The position numbers were made by a program, and so were the translations under genes. Source: Candidatus Micrarchaeaceae archaeon (GTDB taxonomy: Archaea; Micrarchaeota; Micrarchaeia; Micrarchaeales; Micrarchaeaceae). From it: a stretch of 35,421 nucleotides of DNA. The stretch is taken from positions 1 through 35,421 of the forward strand of contig JBEKES010000005.1 in the NCBI GenBank assembly GCA_050013715.1. Direction: 5' to 3'. The notes below the pieces were generated by a model. It did not search any database. It was not told the origin of the DNA and saw nothing but the letters and a program-made list of their open reading frames with translations. Of this stretch, positions 1 to 9,178 are shown piece by piece (positions within the stretch are counted from its first letter, which is position 1; each line of letters begins with the position of its first letter).

Positions 1-671
1 ACCCTATAAATAGGTTTTATATTAGGTCTTTTATCATTTTGTAAATATATTTTGTGATTTATTTTTAGTTTGTTTAATCCAAAATCAATATCTGAAGATA
101 ATCCATAGGATATTGTAGAAAATGTAATTGTATTTTTATCTATATATCCATCCGTATCTATAAGCCCTTTTAAAAATCCAACATAAAATTCTTTATTATA
201 ATTTATTCTATCTTTTAACCTAATTGTACCAGTTTTATAAGTTTCCCAAGTTAAATAAGTTTTAATGAAATTTAATACATCTTTAGAAATAATTCTTACA
301 ATAGTAACATTATTTGGTTTGTAATCATATATCCATGGTTTTTTCCTGAAAAGATGCTTTATTAATTTATTGACATGATTTACATAATTTTTGTATTTAG
401 TATCTAGATGTATGCGGATATCATATCTATAATTTTTATCTAGATAAAAGCTACCATCCCCAGCAAAAATACCTATAAATTCACCAATATCTAAAGTTTT
501 TGCATTATCATTTAATTTGACTCTTTTGATTCGTTTATTAGAAAATTTCCTATACCAATAATAAACAGTTGTTTTAGTTATTTGAAGTTCTTTTGATATT
601 TCGTTAAGGCTTTTACCATTCCTAACTTTATCTTTAATTTGTTGTACAATGACTGTACTTAGTCTCATCAT
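1..671 (-). CDS. Free-standing double-motif LAGLIDADG endonuclease-like protein with N-terminal HTH (runs off left edge)
   Basis: Not in the ORF track; translated by hand from ATG at 671/668: MMRLSTVIVQQIKDKVRNGKSLNEISKELQITKTTVYYWYRK (HTH-like)...GEFIGIFAGDGSF...GFLKGLIDTDGY; open to the window edge. Confidence 0.85.
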   Translation of the reverse strand, partial: MMRLSTVIVQQIKDKVRNGKSLNEISKELQITKTTVYYWYRKFSNKRIKRVKLNDNAKTLDIGEFIGIFAGDGSFYLDKNYRYDIRIHLDTKYKNYVNHVNKLIKHLFRKKPWIYDYKPNNVTIVRIISKDVLNFIKTYLTWETYKTGTIRLKDRINYNKEFYVGFLKGLIDTDGYIDKNTITFSTISYGLSSDIDFGLNKLKINHKIYLQNDKRPNIKPIYR

Positions 672-706
672 GAATAAATTTTATGACTATTAAGTTATTT
701 AACTGT

Positions 707-1996
707 TTAAGGAAGCAGTCTTTTCCTGTCTCTTGGGAATAAGGAGCATTCCCTTATGTTTTTTGCGCCTGTTATTTTCATTGCGAACCTTTCCAATCCG
801 ATGCTCCAACCTGCATGTGGCGGCGCACCATACCTAAATGAATCGATGTAGAATTCGAAGTCCTTTGGATTGAGCCCCTTCTTCTTTACAGCTTCAATGA
901 GAAGTTCTGGAATATGAATACGCTGTGCTCCGCTGCTTATTTCCAAGCCTTTGTAAAGAAAGTCGTAGCTCTTTGACATTTCAGGATTGCCCTCTTTCGG
1001 CATGCTGTAGAATGCCCTTACTGCCGTAGGATATTCCCTTATTATCAATCCGTCACCGTATATCTGCGCCAGCTTTTCCTCTGCTTCCCTTGAGAAGTCA
1101 TCTCCAAGTTTCATTGGATGTCCATTCTTGTTAAGCGCAGCAACTGCATCAGTATAAGTTACAATCTTGACATCAGGAATCTTCAATTCAACTCCAAGAG
1201 TCTTGAGGTCCTCGCTGTTGTTTTCGATTACCTTTTTGATTATGTAAACTACAATCTCTGAAAGCAACTTTATAGCATCATTGTCATCTGCAAATGCAAT
1301 TTCGATATCCATTTGGGTTGATTCTGTAAGGTGGAATATTGTATTTGATTTCTCTGCTCTGAAAACAGGTACAATCATGAATACTTTGTCCATTCCTCCA
1401 ACTAGAGCAAATTGCTTGTAGAATTGAGGTGATTGAACAAGAAACGCTTCTCTTTCAAAATATTTTACTGCAAAAACATCAGCACCACCTTCTGTTGCCG
1501 CTTCCACAAGAGTAGGAGTTCTTATCTCACTGAATTTGCGTTCTATGAAGAAGTTCCTGAAGCTTTGCAATATGGTAGATTCAATCTTGAAGATCGCAGT
1601 TGTTTCCAATCTTCTTAGATCAACATACCTGTGATTTAATCGCACGTCGATTTCTGCTGGAACCTTTCCAGTAACTTCAAATGGGATTTGCTTTGATAAT
1701 GGATTTAAATCAATTATTTCAGTTAATGTTATTTCAAAGCCCTTTTTGGCTTCCTTGTTTTTTCTCACTATTCCTTTTATTTCTACTACGCTTTCCTTTG
1801 GAAGGGCCATTTTCTTTAAAAGTCCATCTGAGATTTCTTCCTTTTTCCCTATTACTTGAACAATACCTGTGCTATCCCTTAAAATAAGAAAGGTTATTTT
1901 TGCGGTTTCTCTTACTTCATGAACCCAGCCAGCTAGAACTACCTCTTTGCCATCCATGGCTTCGCTTAATTCATTTATCATATGAGTGCGGATCAC
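707..1996 (-). CDS. aspS: Aspartyl-tRNA synthetase, archaeal type
   Basis: AGWVHEVR OB-fold, QSPQFYKQ, FRAE motif 2, GAPPHAGWSIGLER motif 3, FPRD end. Likely start is GTG at 1996 (IRTH), not the ORF-track start at 2098. Confidence 0.95.
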   Translation of the reverse strand: MIRTHMINELSEAMDGKEVVLAGWVHEVRETAKITFLILRDSTGIVQVIGKKEEISDGLLKKMALPKESVVEIKGIVRKNKEAKKGFEITLTEIIDLNPLSKQIPFEVTGKVPAEIDVRLNHRYVDLRRLETTAIFKIESTILQSFRNFFIERKFSEIRTPTLVEAATEGGADVFAVKYFEREAFLVQSPQFYKQFALVGGMDKVFMIVPVFRAEKSNTIFHLTESTQMDIEIAFADDNDAIKLLSEIVVYIIKKVIENNSEDLKTLGVELKIPDVKIVTYTDAVAALNKNGHPMKLGDDFSREAEEKLAQIYGDGLIIREYPTAVRAFYSMPKEGNPEMSKSYDFLYKGLEISSGAQRIHIPELLIEAVKKKGLNPKDFEFYIDSFRYGAPPHAGWSIGLERFAMKITGAKNIRECSLFPRDRKRLLP

Positions 1997-2061
1997 TGAA
2001 TCACATAGGTTGATTATATATTGTATAGAGCATCTTTTTAATTTAAGTGTATAAATAAGAA

Positions 2062-2073
2062 TCCCTTGGGGTG
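2062..2073 (-). repeat. Distal copy of the tRNA-Tyr 3' end (att-like), 1-nt deletion
   Basis: tccc-ttggggtg versus tcccgttggggtg at 3235-3247. Confidence 0.7.
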
Positions 2074-2118
2074 GGTTTACAAAAATGTCAATCCACACCT
2101 TATATAAGTTTAATAGAA

Positions 2119-3096
2119 TTATTTTATGTTATATTTTTCCGCTAACTTACGAATTTCATAGGTAAATTCAATCCATTTTCTTTCTGCTTCACTTGCACTC
2201 TCTTTGCTATAATCATAAAAACCTTTTGCAGTTGTAATACCTTCTGCACCACTTTCTACCATCTTACGCATAAGTTCTGGAACCTCTGTTGAGTTACTTA
2301 GTTTTGGAAGCAACCCTTCCATAACTGTTGCATATGCAGGAATACCTGTTAGATCCATCCATCTGAATGGGCCTGCAATAGTAGCCCAATATCCTATATC
2401 ATTGCGGAAAGATCTGTCTACTGTTTCAACATCAGCTATGCCAGATTCTACCAAGTGGATTGCTTCACGGATCATTGCATACATCAAACGATTTGATATA
2501 AAACCCTGAATATCTTGTTTCAAAAGTGTTGGTTCTTTTCCACATATGTCACCTAAAGCTAATGTACGTTCAATAGTTTCGTTTGATGTCTTCTCTCCAG
2601 GAACAACTTCAAGATATCTCATAATCTCTGCTGGTTCACCCCAATGCATTCCTATAAAACGTTCTGGATGTTTCATTTCTGCTTGTAGTGTTGTTATAGG
2701 TAAACTGGAAGTATTAGATGCAATTATAGTTGTAGATGGTACAATGTCTTCCATAATTTTATACACTTCACGCTTATTGGAAAGATTCTCATCGATAGAT
2801 TCTATCAAAAAGGTCGTGCTGTCTAATTCTATAGGTGATATTAAAATATGTAAGCGGGATTGGTAATTTTTCAACATTATTTTGGGTACAATTTCTCTGC
2901 GACCAAGTTCGTATAATGTTGATTCAATATGTTTACGGCTCTCCACTGCTTTATTGGAATTTTTATCGTAAGCATGAACTTCCAAACCACGTGATAGTAA
3001 ACAAGCAGCAATGCCTCTACCCATAAATCCTACTCCAATTAAGCCAACTCGTTCATTTCTTAAATGCGTTGTATTTTCTTCTGTTTTTGTGGTCAT
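2119..3096 (-). CDS. 3-hydroxyacyl-CoA dehydrogenase family protein
   Basis: GVGFMGRGIA Rossmann motif, ASNTSSL, RFIGMHW, GFISNRL, GPFRWMDLTG. Confidence 0.92.
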   Translation of the reverse strand: MTTKTEENTTHLRNERVGLIGVGFMGRGIAACLLSRGLEVHAYDKNSNKAVESRKHIESTLYELGRREIVPKIMLKNYQSRLHILISPIELDSTTFLIESIDENLSNKREVYKIMEDIVPSTTIIASNTSSLPITTLQAEMKHPERFIGMHWGEPAEIMRYLEVVPGEKTSNETIERTLALGDICGKEPTLLKQDIQGFISNRLMYAMIREAIHLVESGIADVETVDRSFRNDIGYWATIAGPFRWMDLTGIPAYATVMEGLLPKLSNSTEVPELMRKMVESGAEGITTAKGFYDYSKESASEAERKWIEFTYEIRKLAEKYNIK

Positions 3097-3187
3097 TTTA
3101 TCGTAAGTATATTATGAATTTTTAGATATAAATAGGTTCCTACAAATTTACCGTCGATTTGACGTCATATTTTATCTAAAGTACGGG

Positions 3188-3230
3188 ATTGAACACCCAA
3201 CCTTCGACGACAAACTAAATTTGACGTCGA
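3188..3230. repeat. tRNA-Tyr T-arm copy plus inverted repeat
   Basis: attgaacacccaacct 3188-3203 is identical to 3249-3264; IR tcgacgacaaa (3204-3214) / tttgacgtcga (3220-3230), one mismatch. Confidence 0.8.
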
Positions 3231-3234
3231 GAAA

Positions 3235-3334
3235 TCCCGTTGGGGTGAATTGAACACCCAACCTGTCGCTTTCTGGCATTGTGCCATGCATTCCAAACTA
3301 CAGGCGACCGCTCTAGCCATTGAGCTACAACGGG
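3235..3334 (-). tRNA. tRNA-Tyr(GUA) with 27-nt canonical 37/38 intron (3271-3297)
   Basis: Acceptor CCCGTTG/CAACGGG, D-arm GCTC/GAGC, anticodon arm GTCGC-CT-GTA-G^A-GCGAC, T-arm GGGTG-TTCAATT-CACCC. Confidence 0.95.
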
Positions 3335-3451
3335 ATATTTGATATTTAAGCATTAATATTTAATATCCTTTAGAGATGTATCAGTTTAATTAGGAACGCT
3401 TATTTAACTTTATTACTAGAGTTAAGTAGAAGAAAATATATTAATGATTGG

Positions 3452-6211
3452 ATGGTTGACCAGGAAGAGAGCGACAATGTAAACATATCTGGAAGCATTT
3501 CCCAGGACGTCATAAGGAAATACCATAGAACTCCTATTGCATTCTATCGCTTGAAAGACATGTATGTAGAGGTAATTGAGAATCCTAATTTTCTTGATGC
3601 ATTGCTTATAATCGCTTCGCTTCTTGCCTTTGCCGCGGCTTTTCCATTCTATCCGTTGCTGATACTTCCAATACTTGCGATAATTCTTCTTGTAGTTGGA
3701 TTAAGGCATGCCTTCCTGGGTCTTATCGTCTTGATGGTATTCATATTCCCAATGCTCATGTTCCAGACACCAGCTCTTGCATACCTTTTCATAATGATTA
3801 TGTCACTTTGGCTGGTCTTCGGATACAGGCACTATAGAACGCTCATATTCTCATTGATACTCACGCCATTGGCGCTGTCACCTTTGGGCTACATGTTCGC
3901 AATACCCGCATTGATAATAAGCGTATTGATAGTTGGCTACAAGCGAGCCTCGGTCCTTGCGGTCATATTCGTAATAAGCGTTGTTATGCTCTCTGCAGTT
4001 ACTGGCGTTCAGAACAGCGCTTATATAATATATGATGCAGGTTTGGCTCATTCGCAGATATCGAACCTTGCGGCCCTGAATTATTCTGTGCCAAACAAGA
4101 AGCCCCCAACATTAGCTACATTTGGAAGTGCATTTGGCGCAGTTGGAACGAATTTTGGAAACGAGTACATAGCCGGTTCCATATACACTGAATTTAATGC
4201 TCTGTTCTCATCATTGACAGTAAAGCCGTTGCAGTACCTTATTGACATGTTCGGCATAATAGCGATTGTAACCATAATAGACATGTCGGCAGTTGCGAGC
4301 AGATCCATGTACAAGGGAACAGAGGCAAGCCTTATAGGGCTTGCATATCCGCTTCTTTACTTCGGTCTTGCATTGCTATTCCATTATAATTTCACGATAT
4401 TGGTGCCGCTTGTGGGCTTCCTCATAGCGCCAGCGTTTCTCTATGTGCTTGAATTGTACAGAATAGACATAGTCAAGGCATTGGACATAAGAAAAGAGGA
4501 CATTCGCCTCAAATTCGGAGAGGCATTCGAGGATTTGTTTGCGACAAGCCCAACAGAGAAGTTCGGGGACATAGGAGACTACGAAGCAACAAAGAAGGAA
4601 CTCAAGGAGGCAATTGTATCCCCAATTGAGGAAAAGGGAGTTTCAAGAGCCTACAACATAAAGCCAGTTAAGGGTGTATTGCTGTTCGGACCTCCAGGAA
4701 CCGGAAAGACCATGATGATGAGAGCCATAGCAAATGACATAAGAGCAGGATTCTATTCGGTAAAGACATCAAATCTAATATCTCCGTATGCTGGTGAAAC
4801 AGAGAGAAGATTAGTCAACATATTTACAACTGCAAAGAAGAATGCACCTTGCATACTGTTCCTTGATGAAATAGACTCGATAGCAAGAAACAGGTCAGCA
4901 ACAAATGTTGATGAAACGCACAGGCAAATCTTATCGTCGCTTCTTGTGGAAATGGATGGCTTCCAAAGCATGAAGAATGTTGTATTGGTAGGTGCTACAA
5001 ACGTGCCCAATCTTATAGACCCTGCACTTCTAAGACCGGGAAGAATGGACCGCGCAATCTACATGCCGCTTCCTGACTTCTACGGAAGAAAGGAAATATT
5101 CAAAATATACTTGAAGAAATTGCCAGTTTCAAAGGACATAAACTTTGATGATCTTGCCAAAATGACAGAGAGGTTTTCCGGCGCCGACATAAAAGGGTTG
5201 TGCGACAATGTCGCGCAGCAGGTAGCACAGGAAGCTGCGGAGAAGCACAAAGTATTGGAGATAGGCCTTGATGACATAAAAAGCGCAATAACCGCAACAA
5301 AGGCATCGACAACCATTTCGCAATTGAAAGAATACGATAGATTCAAGATAGACTTCGAAAGAAGGACACTCAAGCAGGAAACGGTAGAGAAATCAAAGAA
5401 TGTTTCAATGGACGAGGTGATAGGCCTTGAGGAGGTAAAGAGAGCTGTTATAGATGCTGTTAAAACACCATTGGAGCATCCTGAACTATTGAAAAAATAC
5501 AACGTAAAAAGCATAAAGGGAATATTGATGTTCGGCCCTCCAGGAAACGGAAAGACACTGCTCATGAAAGCGATAAGCAACGATCTCAAGGATGTCACTA
5601 TGCTTGAAATAAACGGAGCTGATCTGGCGCAGCAGGATCTGGACAAAGCATTGGCAAACATAAAGGAAATGTTCAACAGAGCCATAGAGAATGCGCCTTC
5701 CATACTGTTCATAGATGAAATAGACGGCATTTCGCCAAAGAGAAAGAGCGCAAGCGAATTCGGAGTTCAATTGACTTCGGAATTATTGCAGGAAATGGAC
5801 GGCTTCAGGGAAACTCCTGGAGTTGTATTGGTATGTGCAACAAACAGGCCAAGCGCACTTGACCCTGCAATGCTAAGACCTGGAAGATTCGATAAGCTAA
5901 TATTTGTAGAACCACCAGATGAGCCAAGCCGGGCAGCGCTCTTCAAGTTCTATTTGAAAGATGTACCTACAAATGATGACATAGACTTCAAGAAATTGGC
6001 AAAGGAGACAGAAGGATATACCGGTGCTGACATAGGCAACATATGCAGGGAAGCCAAGAGCATTGCACTGGACGAGAACATAAAAACAGGAAAGGAGGCA
6101 CAGGTAACAATGGAAAGCCTAGAAGATGTAATAGGAAAAACAAAACCATCTGCGCCGGACAGCATGATCAGATCATATAAAGCATTTTTAGACAAGTACG
6201 GCCAGAGATAA
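3452..6211 (+). CDS. CDC48/VCP-like double AAA+ ATPase with N-terminal multi-pass membrane domain
   Basis: Two modules: GPPGTGKT / GPPGNGKT, FLDEID / FIDEID, DPALLRPGR / DPAMLRPGR; about 300 aa of hydrophobic segments at the N-terminus. Confidence 0.9.
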   Translation: MVDQEESDNVNISGSISQDVIRKYHRTPIAFYRLKDMYVEVIENPNFLDALLIIASLLAFAAAFPFYPLLILPILAIILLVVGLRHAFLGLIVLMVFIFPMLMFQTPALAYLFIMIMSLWLVFGYRHYRTLIFSLILTPLALSPLGYMFAIPALIISVLIVGYKRASVLAVIFVISVVMLSAVTGVQNSAYIIYDAGLAHSQISNLAALNYSVPNKKPPTLATFGSAFGAVGTNFGNEYIAGSIYTEFNALFSSLTVKPLQYLIDMFGIIAIVTIIDMSAVASRSMYKGTEASLIGLAYPLLYFGLALLFHYNFTILVPLVGFLIAPAFLYVLELYRIDIVKALDIRKEDIRLKFGEAFEDLFATSPTEKFGDIGDYEATKKELKEAIVSPIEEKGVSRAYNIKPVKGVLLFGPPGTGKTMMMRAIANDIRAGFYSVKTSNLISPYAGETERRLVNIFTTAKKNAPCILFLDEIDSIARNRSATNVDETHRQILSSLLVEMDGFQSMKNVVLVGATNVPNLIDPALLRPGRMDRAIYMPLPDFYGRKEIFKIYLKKLPVSKDINFDDLAKMTERFSGADIKGLCDNVAQQVAQEAAEKHKVLEIGLDDIKSAITATKASTTISQLKEYDRFKIDFERRTLKQETVEKSKNVSMDEVIGLEEVKRAVIDAVKTPLEHPELLKKYNVKSIKGILMFGPPGNGKTLLMKAISNDLKDVTMLEINGADLAQQDLDKALANIKEMFNRAIENAPSILFIDEIDGISPKRKSASEFGVQLTSELLQEMDGFRETPGVVLVCATNRPSALDPAMLRPGRFDKLIFVEPPDEPSRAALFKFYLKDVPTNDDIDFKKLAKETEGYTGADIGNICREAKSIALDENIKTGKEAQVTMESLEDVIGKTKPSAPDSMIRSYKAFLDKYGQR

Positions 6212-7030
6212 TTACTTGTTGGCAATTCTGCCAGCAAATACTTTTCCTGTTGCTATTCTTGAGGAATCATTTGCATATATTTGAAGTTTTCCTTCACGAA
6301 CCCTAACATCGCAGAATTCTATCTTTATGAAGTCGTTTGTTTTCATTGAAGCGGTTCTTATTGCAGAGGAGCCCCAGAAGGATGCATCAACACTGTTCCT
6401 GCCATCAGTTATCGTGCATGAGGCAACGGCAATCTGACCAGTTGAACCTAATCGTGTTACATGCCTTATGGTTCCTATCTCAAGTACTCTTCCGATAACA
6501 TCAACTTTTCGCAGATCTTCCTTTATGGATGAATAATCTGTTATGGGAACTCTTTTTGAAGGGGTTATTTTATTGATAACAGTATGGACAGTTGATTTGA
6601 GCTCGGCACTGGAATTGTCAAATATTGCATTGCTAACAGCAACAACATCCCCACGCTCGAATCCGTTTATGTCTATGAATTCGGAGGCATTGCCCTTGAG
6701 GTTGAATCGAACCGTTGAGCCCTCTTCTCCAAGTATTATGTATCTTCTGGTTATGTCTTTTCCATTTACGGTATTTGTAGTGGAATTGAAAATGCGATAG
6801 ATTTGGTCCTTTATGTTTATCGTTTCATCTGCATCTTTTGCATCGTCTAGCATTCTATTTGCATTCATTCCTGCTTTGATGTTGTTGAGCAGTTCTTTCA
6901 CGTTTATTGTTGTAGGTGCCTTTTTTACAGGTCTTGGCGCATCATTAGCTTCAGACTTAAGGATTTTTTCAGCCTGCTCTTTAGTTATGAACCCAGAGAA
7001 CTTGTCAACAAGCTTATCTGCATCGATCAT
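6212..7030 (-). CDS. OB-fold ssDNA-binding (RPA/SSB-like) protein
   Basis: KVDVIGRVLEI...ITDGRNSVDASFWG OB-fold pattern; a second OB-like segment upstream. Confidence 0.7.
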   Translation of the reverse strand: MIDADKLVDKFSGFITKEQAEKILKSEANDAPRPVKKAPTTINVKELLNNIKAGMNANRMLDDAKDADETINIKDQIYRIFNSTTNTVNGKDITRRYIILGEEGSTVRFNLKGNASEFIDINGFERGDVVAVSNAIFDNSSAELKSTVHTVINKITPSKRVPITDYSSIKEDLRKVDVIGRVLEIGTIRHVTRLGSTGQIAVASCTITDGRNSVDASFWGSSAIRTASMKTNDFIKIEFCDVRVREGKLQIYANDSSRIATGKVFAGRIANK

Positions 7031-7144
7031 TTTATCAATTAATTTAGAATAATTAGAAATAGAAGCCTATGCTTTTGTTGAAGATTTGATGAATTACCAA
7101 ATTATATCAGTAACATATTTATCTGTTTATGGCAAATAACTACC

Positions 7145-7837
7145 ATGGGGGCTTTGGAATTGCTTAGGTCAGAGCAAAGCCAGTTGTGTTTTGTGACATC
7201 TAATCATAGCAAGGCAGTATCTGCAAATACAACGCTTATGGCATTTGGCTTTCCTGTAGCGCAGCTAAATAGAAAGATAGAGGAACCTTACCACACCAAT
7301 AGTCCAGTAGCCATAGCTACTGAAAAAATAAGGAGAGCAGCAAAACTGCATGATATTCAAATAATATGCTTTGACGGCAGGCAAATAGAAGTAGAAAGGC
7401 TTTCAGAACTTCCAATAATCTGCGAAGATGGAGGATTCTTTGTCAATGCACTTAACGGAAGGCCAGGAGTTCAGATAAATCCATATTTGGAAGAGAAAGG
7501 CGTTGAAGGACTTCTTGAAGAAATGAGAGGCAGGAGCGACAGAAGCGCACATTTCTGGGAAGTACTAGCATATAAAGACCCGCTCATGGAAAAGCCAGAA
7601 TATTTTGAGAGTATAGTACATGGAGTAGTCGCAGATGAGAAAAGAGGCAAAATGCAGGATTTCAACTGGTCTAAGTTGCATTTGGTATTTGTAGCAAATG
7701 GTTACACCAAAACATGGGCAGAAATGAATGCTAGAGAATACAAAGATTACGATTTAAGGGAAAGGTCAAGATGGAATAGACTTGGAGAATTCCTACGCAG
7801 AAGAAGTGAATTGGTTAAACTTAAATCAGTTATGTAG
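7145..7837 (+). CDS. Divergent ITPase/HAM1-fold protein
   Basis: FVTSNHSK and CEDGGFFVNALNGRPGV; lacks the GFGYDPIF and SHR motifs. Confidence 0.8.
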   Translation: MGALELLRSEQSQLCFVTSNHSKAVSANTTLMAFGFPVAQLNRKIEEPYHTNSPVAIATEKIRRAAKLHDIQIICFDGRQIEVERLSELPIICEDGGFFVNALNGRPGVQINPYLEEKGVEGLLEEMRGRSDRSAHFWEVLAYKDPLMEKPEYFESIVHGVVADEKRGKMQDFNWSKLHLVFVANGYTKTWAEMNAREYKDYDLRERSRWNRLGEFLRRRSELVKLKSVM

Positions 7838-7847
7838 AATAACCAAA

Positions 7848-7918
7848 TGGGCCCGCGGAGAATCGAACTCCGGTCTTCAGCGTGTAAGGCTGACGTCGTA
7901 CCATTGGACCACAGGCCC
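7848..7918 (-). tRNA. tRNA-Val(UAC), no intron
   Basis: GGGCCTG/CGGGCCC acceptor, TCAGC-CT-TAC-AC-GCTGA, CGGAG-TTCGATT-CTCCG. Confidence 0.95.
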
Positions 7919-9142
7919 TTATTTTGAATATGCTTTGCAGAAATCATTTATCTTATTTATAGAATAGTCTAATATCTCTTTCGGAGGAAGGGCCACTAAT
8001 CTTATATGTGAAGGTGATCCGAAGCCAGAGCCTCTTGTTAGTTGTATGCCTTCTTTCTGGAGAAGCAGCTTGACAAATTCTTCATCATTTTTTATTTTCA
8101 TTTTTGTAAGATCAACATGAGGGAACACATAAAATGCGCCATTCGGCTTAACCGTTTCCAAAATAGGATTCTCGTTGAAGAGTTTTGTTGCGTAGTTTGC
8201 CCTCTTTGCTATTTCCTTTACCATGGAGCTTATTGCCCTTTTATGCTGAACAAGATTCCCAATAGCCTCAGCAGCAGCATATTGTGCCGGGGCATTGACT
8301 GAAAGTCTCATTTGAGCATAGTCGCATATTTTCTTCTTTAAAATTTCGGAAATCTTGTCCTTTTCAGGAATTATTACAAAACCTATCCTAAACCCAGTAG
8401 AATCATAGTCTTTTGACATTCCATTAAGTATTACATACGGTATTCCTTTAGCAAGCTGTGAAATGCTTGTGAATTTTGCCCCATTGTAAACTATTTCGTC
8501 ATATATTTCATCGCTTATAAGCAATTTGCCATATTCATTTGCAATATCTACGACTTCCCTAAGTATTGACTTCTCAAGAACAGTTCCTGTTGGATTGTTC
8601 GGATTTGTTATAAGAATATATTTTACTTTTCTTAGCTTACCATTTGTCTTCAGCTTTTTCAATGATTTTTCCAAATTATCTACATTAATGTTCCAGTTAT
8701 TTGATTCATCGTAATCCTCGAATATAGGAATACCCCCATTCAATTTTAAGAGAGGAGAATAAATAGCAAAATATGGTTTGAACAGTATTGCCATTTCCGA
8801 ATCATTTATCAATGCACTGTTCAGGAAAAGCAACGCTTCTGAAACGCCCGCAGTTACTATTATGTCATCGTTTTCCAATTTCAATTTGTAAAGACTAGAA
8901 TACCTTTTTGCTATTGCCTTTTTCAAGGATTCTGTACCATCAGCAGCAGTATATGATGTAATGCCCTTCTCAAGTGCAGTTTTGTAGGCTTTTATTATAT
9001 ATTTAGGAGTAGGAAAATACTTTGGCGGGTCTCCTCTATTCAATCGGTATATCTTTTTGCCTGATTTTTCCAACTTGTCGGCAAGCTTGTCCGCCTCTTC
9101 TATAGAATTATGCATGTATTTGCTTCTATCAGACAATATCAT
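7919..9142 (-). CDS. PLP-dependent class I/II aminotransferase
   Basis: NPNNPTG, SDEIY, GMSKDYDSTGFRIG (PLP lysine), GAFY. Confidence 0.92.
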   Translation of the reverse strand: MILSDRSKYMHNSIEEADKLADKLEKSGKKIYRLNRGDPPKYFPTPKYIIKAYKTALEKGITSYTAADGTESLKKAIAKRYSSLYKLKLENDDIIVTAGVSEALLFLNSALINDSEMAILFKPYFAIYSPLLKLNGGIPIFEDYDESNNWNINVDNLEKSLKKLKTNGKLRKVKYILITNPNNPTGTVLEKSILREVVDIANEYGKLLISDEIYDEIVYNGAKFTSISQLAKGIPYVILNGMSKDYDSTGFRIGFVIIPEKDKISEILKKKICDYAQMRLSVNAPAQYAAAEAIGNLVQHKRAISSMVKEIAKRANYATKLFNENPILETVKPNGAFYVFPHVDLTKMKIKNDEEFVKLLLQKEGIQLTRGSGFGSPSHIRLVALPPKEILDYSINKINDFCKAYSK

Positions 9143-9178
9143 AAATAAAACCAGTATTAAATGTATGTCAAGATTAAA

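Larger units (their letters stand above)
2062..3247. mobile_element. Single-gene cassette at the tRNA-Tyr 3' end
   Basis: Bounded by direct repeats of the tRNA 3' end; one gene with its own TATA-like element; no integrase. Confidence 0.65.

Noticed and set aside
1997..2098. N-terminal extension of AspRS in the ORF track
   Set aside because: It runs through the promoter region and att-like repeat; family similarity starts at IRTH.
3165..3353. Short ORFs over tRNA and rRNA genes and antisense ORFs inside long CDSs (e.g. 5080-5730, 30690-31124, 34084-35098)
   Set aside because: Shadow frames of well-supported genes with no motifs.
7031..7847. Cassette at tRNA-Val
   Set aside because: No copy of tgggcccgcgg found in the 7031-7144 intergenic region or nearby.
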